NCBI GenBank assembly: GCA_036507075.1
Contig: DASXQR010000126.1
Span: forward strand, 1 to 10,231
Source: Acidobacteriota bacterium
Lineage (GTDB): Bacteria > Acidobacteriota > UBA6911 > JACQSX01
Length of the DNA stretch: 10,231 bases
Reading direction: 5' to 3'
Shown: in pieces, positions 1 to 6,420 of the stretch
How the letters are laid out: each line of letters begins with the position of its first letter
How positions within the stretch are numbered: position 1 is the first letter of the stretch
The notes under the pieces: generated by a model
What the model was told of the DNA's origin: nothing
What the model saw: the letters and a program-made list of their open reading frames with translations, nothing else
Databases searched by the model: none
Made by a program: the position numbers and the translations under genes

Positions 1-625
1 CGCGGACCGCGAAGAAGATTTCCCTAGGCAGTTCGCTATTAAGCAGTCCACTAACATTTCTGCGGCGCACCCAGACGGCCAGAGCACTGTTGGTATCCAC
101 CGCAACGGCCGGGTCGAAGTGATCGAACTCAGTCGTGCCATTGACAACCGTACCCATGGCAACGACCGAGGGGTCAGTCCAGATGCCGGTGTCAAGGTCC
201 AATCTGGATGAGAAGATAGACCATGGTCCCGGTGCGGATCCTATCCCGTCGGCATGCTGCCAGACCGCCAGCGCGTACCCTGCAGCGAAACCCACATGAG
301 GATTTTTGTCATCACCGGCCGGAGGAGTCCCAAAAGGCGGAGCAATCGGTGCCGTCTGGGCTATCGTCCCATCAGGCCGCCGGGCGTGCCACCCGAGATT
401 GCCCTGCGCGTCTCTTCCGGCAATGGAATACCAGATATCCCAGCCTGGCAAAGTTGCTCCAAGACCATCGTTGTGCTGCCAAACTGCCACTGCTTCATCA
501 GTCCGGCCGTCAAAGGCCGCGACTTCTGGAACGCGGAACACCAGGGCTTTACCGCTCAACAACAATGCCGCAACCAACATGAGAACAGCGGGAAGAAACG
601 ATTGATTTCGACGGGGTTTTTCCAT
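1..625 (-). CDS. Secreted repeat protein, probably a beta-propeller (partial; runs off the left edge, absent from the ORF track)
   Basis: Manual translation from ATG 625 is open for 208 codons to the window edge: MEKPRRNQSFLPAVLMLVAALLLSGKALVFRVPEVAAFDGRTDEAVAVWQHNDG...WDIWYS...DKNPHVGFAAGYALAVWQHADG...WSIFSS...DHFDPAVAVDTNSALAVWVRR...EIFFAVR. The basic then hydrophobic N-terminus is signal-peptide-like. The upstream sequence AGGTGAAAGGAATTAAAC-ATG gives a good SD. Three internal repeats of D..P.V...A.AVW...I. Confidence 0.8.
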   Translation of the reverse strand, partial: MEKPRRNQSFLPAVLMLVAALLLSGKALVFRVPEVAAFDGRTDEAVAVWQHNDGLGATLPGWDIWYSIAGRDAQGNLGWHARRPDGTIAQTAPIAPPFGTPPAGDDKNPHVGFAAGYALAVWQHADGIGSAPGPWSIFSSRLDLDTGIWTDPSVVAMGTVVNGTTEFDHFDPAVAVDTNSALAVWVRRRNVSGLLNSELPREIFFAVR

Positions 626-742
626 GTTTAATTCCTTTCACCTAGAAAACTAGGAAACACACTGCCAACTCCCCTAAGAACATTCGGGGGAAGGAGGAGG
701 AAAACGAGATCGCCATCTTCTTACTCGCCACGCTCTTTGCTG

Positions 743-757
743 GCAAAGCAAGAACCA
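743..757 (-). promoter_or_regulatory. Putative sigma54 (RpoN) -24/-12 promoter for the secreted repeat protein gene
   Basis: Minus strand TGGTTCTTGCTTTGC has exact GG-N10-GC spacing and a TTGC -12 box. The -24 box TGGTTC deviates from TGGCAC but is identical to the one at 9795-9809. Confidence 0.5.
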
Positions 758-827
758 ATCCATTCTCATAGAAGCTGCGAAAACCATTTAAATTAAAGAT
801 TTGCTCGAATAGCGCGGTCGGCAACTG

Positions 828-867
828 TGCAAACTTTTACCCAAAAATGCAGACTTCTACCCAAAAA
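828..867 (-). repeat. Two-copy 20-bp tandem direct repeat; putative tandem activator (enhancer) binding sites
   Basis: Minus strand TTTTTGGGTAGAAGTCTGCA / TTTTTGGGTAAAAGTTTGCA (18/20 identical). The proximal copy extends to the imperfect palindrome TGGGTA-AAAGTT-TGCACA (826-843). Confidence 0.7.
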
Positions 868-1163
868 GTGTTAAGGCGTAAATAGGAGGAGATTTTGCCG
901 GCTAACATGCTCCGAAACCCGGGGGAAGAATGTTCCAAAAAAATCTGGCTGGAAAAATATGTGTGGCAGTCACTGGGATGGTGATTGATTTCGACGCTGG
1001 CGGATTCTTTACATTCCAACAATAAAGCGGTGTAGGAGGCTATGAAATCATTCATAAGGTTATGCGCGAGCACCAAGGTGGCTCTCTTTATCTCGCTTCG
1101 ATGGGCCTTGATGGCCTTGCCCAAAAGCGCATTGACTATGGAGCAATGGAAGGCGATTAGACC

Positions 1164-2111
1164 CTAGCTTTCACCAGTTCCATCGTGACCATTGCATAAC
1201 TGGTCTCCGGCCCTTAACACTTCTGAAGCACTGAAGAATTTCTCTCCCACTTGGACTTTCTGCACCAGGATCCATTCATCCAGAGATGCGATGGGAACAC
1301 CGTTCTCCTCCGGCTCCAGCACTGTGCCGGGAGGAGCGTCAGCAGGTCTTCCGGCTCGCGACGCTTTAGCAACGCCTATCTGCAGGGCACCGCGGTTGGT
1401 TCGCGGATGTCCCCACGGAGATGGAAAGGGGAAGTAGTCAGCCGCTCGAATGAAATTCAGTATTTCCCGTGCAGGACGGGACCAGGAGACCTTGCCGTTG
1501 CAGGGGACCTCACGTCCGAAGTACTCCCTCTTTGTAAGATCCTGCTCAATGCGAGGAATGCTTTGGGGATCCGCTGCAGCCGCATTGATCAATCGAAGCA
1601 TCAGAGGTACACCCTTTGTGATGCACCTGGCTGCCAAAGAGAGGCCGGTATCGTTATCGTCAATATCGAAGAGCGCCTGGAAGGCAATGGGACCAGTATC
1701 GATTTCCGGTTCCATACGATGCACCGTCACGCCATGCTGAGGTTCCCCTCGGTAAATCGCCCAACTTGGCGCATTCAATCCCGCGTACCGGGGAAGCGGG
1801 CCGGGATGTAGGTTGAAGCAGCCAAGCCGAGGAGCCTTCAGAATTTCCGGATGAATTATGAAAAGAGAGTGAACATTGAGGAGTATGTCCACTTGTCTTG
1901 AGCGAACTTCTGGTCCAAAGTGAGGATCCCTAACCAGCGCGGCGTGCTGCGGCGAGAGTCCCAAACTTTCCGCCACACTCCAAACGGTGGCTCTATTTTG
2001 GGAAGCGCGCGGTGGCGAAGTAAACACGGAAATCTCGTGCTCGTTGCGTTGCACCAGAGCTCTTAGCAACTGGATGCCGGCCGATTCTTCGGCCACCAAC
2101 AAGATCTTCAC
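1164..2111 (-). CDS. N10-formyltetrahydrofolate-dependent formyltransferase (Fmt/ArnA-N-terminal-like, with C-terminal domain)
   Basis: 315 aa from a GTG start. Motifs NLHPGPLPRYAG (N-x-HP..LP.Y.G) and GVTVHRMEPEIDTGPI (catalytic Asp), plus an Fmt_C-like tail (PPGTVL). Lacks the N-terminal FMGTP signature of housekeeping Fmt. Confidence 0.88.
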   Translation of the reverse strand: MKILLVAEESAGIQLLRALVQRNEHEISVFTSPPRASQNRATVWSVAESLGLSPQHAALVRDPHFGPEVRSRQVDILLNVHSLFIIHPEILKAPRLGCFNLHPGPLPRYAGLNAPSWAIYRGEPQHGVTVHRMEPEIDTGPIAFQALFDIDDNDTGLSLAARCITKGVPLMLRLINAAAADPQSIPRIEQDLTKREYFGREVPCNGKVSWSRPAREILNFIRAADYFPFPSPWGHPRTNRGALQIGVAKASRAGRPADAPPGTVLEPEENGVPIASLDEWILVQKVQVGEKFFSASEVLRAGDQLCNGHDGTGES

Positions 2112-2135
2112 GTCTATTTGTCTGCCTGGGCGAGA

Positions 2136-3494
2136 TTAGCCCTGCTGCTCCTCATGACTGTAAATGATGCGGTCGCCTTGCAGCCGCGCATATGCGACGC
2201 TGGCTCGCTCCTTGCCCGATCCCTCAATTCGCCACCTGCCTTTTTCTTCGACCAGTTTCATCTGGCTACGTTCTCGCCACCAATCGTTTACTTCCCGAGG
2301 AAGCGCAATCCATATCCGTTTTTCGGAGCGTAGCTGTGAAAGATAGGCCAGCAACTCTCTATAGGTTTTCCTGGCGCGTCTCTCAATGATGTAATCCGGA
2401 TGAATAATGAAACTTACTAGCCCATGTTTCTCCGTGATCAAGTCTATCTGGCTTTTCCAGACCTCAATGGAGTAATCGCCGATAATGTGGAACAGGGAAT
2501 AGTCTTGGGTCGTGGTGACGGGTAACTCCAGAATATGGTTCACGAAATACGGCATCACCGTGCAACATCCACCACGCTGGGGTTCCAAGTGAGCGGCATT
2601 AGGCACAGACATGTCGTAGGAAAACTGAAGGGCATCGTACCAGTCCTGGTTTCGATAGAGAATAGCGGAGCGAAAACCGGCAGCACGGTATTGCTGCGCA
2701 TATTCATTTATCTGTTTGGCGCGAGCCAAGAACTGCTCGCGGCTGGAGAAAAGATGCCCATCATGATTGAGGTCCTGAACGACTATCTCAAATCCCCTTG
2801 CGCGAATTTTGTCCAGCAGATCTTCAGAGAAGCGATAACGCTTCTCTGGCACGATTTGAAATGAAGCCTTAACCGCATATGAGTCATCCAGGTCCATTAG
2901 GGAAGGGCAAAAGTCGCGACCGGCGGAGGTCTCCACGTCGTGAGTAATGATGGCACAACTAGGCGCACCATTTGGCCAGAACCAGATGAACGGTATCTTG
3001 TCAGCATTGTGTGCTCGCAGCGACAGCATTAGAAGTTTTTCCAGGATCCGTTCGACCGTTCGGTCAACAGGCCAATGCGGAAAGTGTATCTGGCTCCAGT
3101 CACTCAAGTGGATCCTTTGGAAATGCTTGCGCATCCACACAGGCATTAAGGGCCGGACCAGATAATAAGCCTGTTTCACCGATCTGTTGGGAGCAAGCCT
3201 TGTCCCGTTTTGCAGGTGAGCAACGTAGCGTTCATAGCGCAAGTTGTCTATTGCCTCGGTCGGGTCAAACGGCAGACAGCAAGTGGTCCCTTCGAGTTGC
3301 ACCTCGTCGAATGTGTCAAATAACGTACCTGTGGGTCTCGGGGCGCGAAACCCGCAAGTGGACCGTCCATAGCAGACTGCATCGGTGCCAAATAAAAAGT
3401 AACCGGTGTCACTTGACAATGCACCGGCCGACGTGAAATCGGCAAACTTCTGCGGACAACGATAATAATCCAGATAAGCCTGGTTTGTTTTCAT
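2136..3494 (-). CDS. CE4/NodB-like polysaccharide deacetylase/deformylase family protein with a long N-terminal extension
   Basis: 452 aa. The C-terminal half has CE4-type motifs in order: IITHDVE, QDLNHDGH, GFRSA, YDMS, ELPVT, IIHPDY. The N-terminal ~170 aa has no motif I recognise. Confidence 0.72.
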   Translation of the reverse strand: MKTNQAYLDYYRCPQKFADFTSAGALSSDTGYFLFGTDAVCYGRSTCGFRAPRPTGTLFDTFDEVQLEGTTCCLPFDPTEAIDNLRYERYVAHLQNGTRLAPNRSVKQAYYLVRPLMPVWMRKHFQRIHLSDWSQIHFPHWPVDRTVERILEKLLMLSLRAHNADKIPFIWFWPNGAPSCAIITHDVETSAGRDFCPSLMDLDDSYAVKASFQIVPEKRYRFSEDLLDKIRARGFEIVVQDLNHDGHLFSSREQFLARAKQINEYAQQYRAAGFRSAILYRNQDWYDALQFSYDMSVPNAAHLEPQRGGCCTVMPYFVNHILELPVTTTQDYSLFHIIGDYSIEVWKSQIDLITEKHGLVSFIIHPDYIIERRARKTYRELLAYLSQLRSEKRIWIALPREVNDWWRERSQMKLVEEKGRWRIEGSGKERASVAYARLQGDRIIYSHEEQQG

Positions 3495-3615
3495 AGGTAC
3501 TTTGCTTTTGGCTGGTGTGGTCCCCTAACTGATATGTCTGTACAAGAGTCTGGCGGCTGCAGTCGTGGCATAGCTATACGACAAGGCTATCGGGAAATTT
3601 GGAGAGGTTGGTCGC

Positions 3616-4506
3616 TTACGTTGGACGACTGGGCGCCAATGCAATTGCGGCTAGATATCCCCGGGCGGGCGAAAACGATCGCACCTTCCACTCAGTTCGA
3701 GTTGGTAATTGTCCTGCGATACTCAGGATTTCAGCCTCTTCCCCTGGTGTGAGCGTAACTTCCACCTTCGCCAACCCACCGCCGATGCCTTCACCGGTCG
3801 CCTTCAAGAAGGACTCCTTGCCGGTCCAGTAGGCAAAAAACCTTTCAATCCGGCTTTCGGTTGGCACCGCCAACAACGTCGCCGCTTCACGCGGAGAGAA
3901 GAACTGCGAGGCGATCTCTTCGAAATTTGGAACCGGCCGAAGGTACTCGACATCCACGCCGATTGAGAATGCGCGTGTCACTGCGTATATCGCTAAATCT
4001 CCGGAATGTGAGGCATTGAAGTTCAAACGGTTGCGAGCGGCATCATGTTGGATTTCCGGCTTCCCGAACGGTCCATAACAAAAATCAATTGCGGAAGGAT
4101 GTCGCTTTAGATAACGGCCGAGGATTAGCCGAAGTATTCCGTGGCGGATGATGTAATGATTACGGTCTTTGGAAAACCGGAATCTCTCGGCTTTGGCTCG
4201 CTCGGCGGATGAAATTAGGGCCTCGAACCGCGGCAACTCGCAATCAAAGTCACTCAGAGCTGCGCACCAAACGTGGATTTGTTCGCTCTCGAGACGCAGA
4301 GTCTCAGGTGGACAAGGCCACGAGATCACCGAAGTAGTGAAAACCACCGATTCTGTTAAGTTTCTTGTTCCCGGCATTGCGCCGCAATCCATAAAGGGGG
4401 CGTTCGGAATCGAGATGCCGTGCCAGCCCGTGGCAGAAGAGAATCTCACCCGTGTGGTCGTGTACGCAGAAAATGGGGAAACGGTGAGAGCCTCATTTAG
4501 CTCCAA
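3616..4506 (-). CDS. Sfp-type 4'-phosphopantetheinyl transferase
   Basis: Motifs GKP, FNASHSGD, IGVDVE and WTGKESFLKATG. The start is uncertain: conserved sequence begins near ISWPCPP (~4329), and ATG 4392, ATG 4377 or GTG 4329 are alternatives to TTG 4506. Confidence 0.92.
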   Translation of the reverse strand: MELNEALTVSPFSAYTTTRVRFSSATGWHGISIPNAPFMDCGAMPGTRNLTESVVFTTSVISWPCPPETLRLESEQIHVWCAALSDFDCELPRFEALISSAERAKAERFRFSKDRNHYIIRHGILRLILGRYLKRHPSAIDFCYGPFGKPEIQHDAARNRLNFNASHSGDLAIYAVTRAFSIGVDVEYLRPVPNFEEIASQFFSPREAATLLAVPTESRIERFFAYWTGKESFLKATGEGIGGGLAKVEVTLTPGEEAEILSIAGQLPTRTEWKVRSFSPARGYLAAIALAPSRPT

Positions 4507-4531
4507 CCAGGGAAGATTGCAAACCCGCGGA

Positions 4532-6289
4532 TCAGTGATCGCGAATTATTTTTGCGAGATCTTTTATTGTCTGCACCTTGAACAGCATGGCCACGGGAAT
4601 TTTTACTCCAAAGGCCTTCTCGATTTGCGCGAATAGCTGCGCAGCAAGCAGAGAGTCCCCTCCTAATTCGAAAAGGTTCTGGTCAATTCCGATCGGCCGG
4701 ATGCGCAACGCCGCTTCCCAGATATCCACTAACTTGGATTCCAGGTCGTCTCTCGGTGTACTGATCTCTACCCGAGTAGTCCGTTGAATCTCCATTGGTG
4801 GCGGCTTCGGGTCAACCTCGATATTGCGGATTCGCCGTGTCGGATCCTTCAACATCGCTTGGAGAATGGTCCGATAATGCTCCAAAAGGCGCCTCATCGT
4901 TGCGGGTTCAAACAAGTCCGTGCTGTACTCCATCGCTACCTCGAGTGTTGGTTCAATTTTGAGCCGAACAGTGAGGTCGAATTGCGCGTTTCGGGTTTCG
5001 ACCGGGAACCAACCGATGTTCAATTCGGGAATCTGCCACTCGACTTTAGGCGCGTTTTGCAAAACGAACATCACTTGAAACAGTGGATTCCGGCTCGGGT
5101 CAGGTACAGGCACAAGTTCCTCTACCAACTTGCCGAAAGGCAAATCATGGTAGGAATAAGCCGTCAGCGTATTCTCGCGAATCTGAGCGAGAAGCTCGCG
5201 GAACGTCGGGTTCCCCGACATGTCAGCGAAAAGAATAAACTGATTCCCAAACCGGCCGATCAGCCCTTCGACCTCGATCAAAGAACGATTTGCCGCGCAG
5301 GAGGCCACTCCTATGGTTTGATGGCTTGAATAAAGGTGGAGAAGGCACTGGAACGCCGCCAGCAGCATCATAAACGGGCTGACTCGCTCTCGCTGGCTCA
5401 TGACTTTCAAGAAATTAGCCGTGTCATCCGAAAAGGTCATCACTTCGCGGGCACCGCGATAGCTCCGGCGTGCCGGACGGGCCTGATCAGTCGTCAAATG
5501 GTGAAAGTCGTTCTTGTCGCTCAACTGCTGCTTCCAGAAATGAAGTCTTGATTCGAGTTCTCTCCCACGCAGCCGCTCCTGTTGCCATCTCACGAAATCT
5601 CCATATTGGAAACTCGGTTCGGAGAGCGGGGAACGGAATCCAGTGTCGAACGCCGGATACAATGTGGACAATTCGCGAATAAGGATTGCCGTGGACCAGT
5701 CGTCATACACGATGTCATGGGTAGTCAACTGCAGGACGTGATCCTCCGCGCCCAATCGCAACAGACCAACTCGAAGCAAAGGTCCTCGTCTGAGATCGAA
5801 TGGCCGGCTGGCTTCTTCCAGAACCAGGCGGGACGCTTGAGCGTTTCTTTCGGCTTCCGGCATCCGCGTCAAATCCATTACCGCTATTTCGATAGGCTCC
5901 GCCGGAATGATGATCTGGACAAGCTTCCCGTCTACATTCCTGAAAACTGACCGCAATACCTGGTGCCGTCGCACGATCTCCTGAAGACTTGCTTCCAGAG
6001 CCTTCAGATTGAGGGGACCTTGAATTCGAAGCGGCAGGGGATAGTTATGTGCAGCACTGTCCGACTCCCAAGGCTCCTGAACCCACCACTGCTGTTGAAA
6101 GAACCATGTCGGCGCTGGAAACGCAGCTTCAGCATGTAATTCGAGTTTGCTCTGACCTTTGCTGTCGAGCAACCCTAGAAGCAGGCAACCGCATAATCCC
6201 ATCCCTTCCCACCCCATGAACATCAGCGGATCGTTATCCGCCAGCACCAGCGTCAGTATCGCCAACATGAAGATTTTCCACAGCTTCAT
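4532..6289 (-). CDS. NRPS-like protein: N-terminal NuoL-like hydrophobic hairpin + atypical condensation domain + PCP (no A domain)
   Basis: C-domain landmarks RHQVLRS, PFDLRRGPLLR, YGDFVRWQ, LIGRFGN, LPFGKLVEEL, RNPLFQVMF. The active-site motif reads THDIVYDDWS. C-terminal PCP QNLFELGGDSLLA. ATG 6289 has GGTGG upstream; ATG 6322 and GTG 6349 are alternative starts. Confidence 0.88.
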   Translation of the reverse strand: MKLWKIFMLAILTLVLADNDPLMFMGWEGMGLCGCLLLGLLDSKGQSKLELHAEAAFPAPTWFFQQQWWVQEPWESDSAAHNYPLPLRIQGPLNLKALEASLQEIVRRHQVLRSVFRNVDGKLVQIIIPAEPIEIAVMDLTRMPEAERNAQASRLVLEEASRPFDLRRGPLLRVGLLRLGAEDHVLQLTTHDIVYDDWSTAILIRELSTLYPAFDTGFRSPLSEPSFQYGDFVRWQQERLRGRELESRLHFWKQQLSDKNDFHHLTTDQARPARRSYRGAREVMTFSDDTANFLKVMSQRERVSPFMMLLAAFQCLLHLYSSHQTIGVASCAANRSLIEVEGLIGRFGNQFILFADMSGNPTFRELLAQIRENTLTAYSYHDLPFGKLVEELVPVPDPSRNPLFQVMFVLQNAPKVEWQIPELNIGWFPVETRNAQFDLTVRLKIEPTLEVAMEYSTDLFEPATMRRLLEHYRTILQAMLKDPTRRIRNIEVDPKPPPMEIQRTTRVEISTPRDDLESKLVDIWEAALRIRPIGIDQNLFELGGDSLLAAQLFAQIEKAFGVKIPVAMLFKVQTIKDLAKIIRDH

Positions 6290-6318
6290 TGCAAATCCAC
6301 CCCACCCCACCGGTCTCG

Positions 6319-6420
6319 TCATCCATCGGAGGCACATCCCAGCCCACACTGATTTTCGTTATTGGGGCGTTCGGGCTCCGAAAGAAGGCTGATGCTATCA
6401 ATTGCCTCACTCCTACTCAT
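6319..6420 (-). CDS. Possible 33-aa small ORF bridging the P450 and C-PCP genes
   Basis: MSRSEAIDSISLLSEPERPNNENQCGLGCASDG. Its ATG overlaps the P450 stop (ATGA, 6417-6420) and its stop overlaps an in-frame ATG of the C-PCP gene (ATGA, 6319-6322). Only a weak SD. Confidence 0.25.
   Translation of the reverse strand: MSRSEAIDSISLLSEPERPNNENQCGLGCASDG

Noticed and set aside
223..631. Three plus-strand ORFs (223-582, 254-631, 306-605)
   Set aside because: Antisense shadows of the better-supported minus-strand gene starting at 625; no recognisable motifs.
735..748. Palindrome CTTTGC-TG-GCAAAG
   Set aside because: Short (6-bp arms) and overlapping the -12 box. It could be an operator, but there is no second copy or other support.
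828..867. 20-bp repeat as a CRISPR array or mobile-element end
   Set aside because: Only two abutting copies, no spacers, and no cas or transposase genes.
642..1124. Minus-strand ORFs 642-824 and 837-1124
   Set aside because: TTG starts without a clear SD, AT-rich, no motifs, and they overlap the promoter and enhancer elements; treated as intergenic.
1164..2111. Calling the gene fmt or arnA
   Set aside because: It lacks the FMGTP N-terminal motif of Fmt and the decarboxylase domain of ArnA; the context suggests a pathway-specific enzyme.
3560..3570. 11-nt match (TGCCACGACTG) between this intergenic region and 9959-9969 in opposite orientation
   Set aside because: Matches of this length are expected by chance within 10 kb, and there is no flanking similarity.
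6170..6274. A nuoL gene or pseudogene
   Set aside because: Only ~35 codons resemble NuoL, they are in frame with the C domain, and no other nuo sequence is visible.
6297..6311. GGTGGGGTGGGGTGG as a G-quadruplex
   Set aside because: At most two tiers, and adequately explained as SD-like sequence before ATG 6289.
6319..6420. Small ORF as a P450-modified RiPP precursor
   Set aside because: It has no aromatic residues, which known P450 RiPP cross-links need, and the P450 is better explained by the A-PCP partner.
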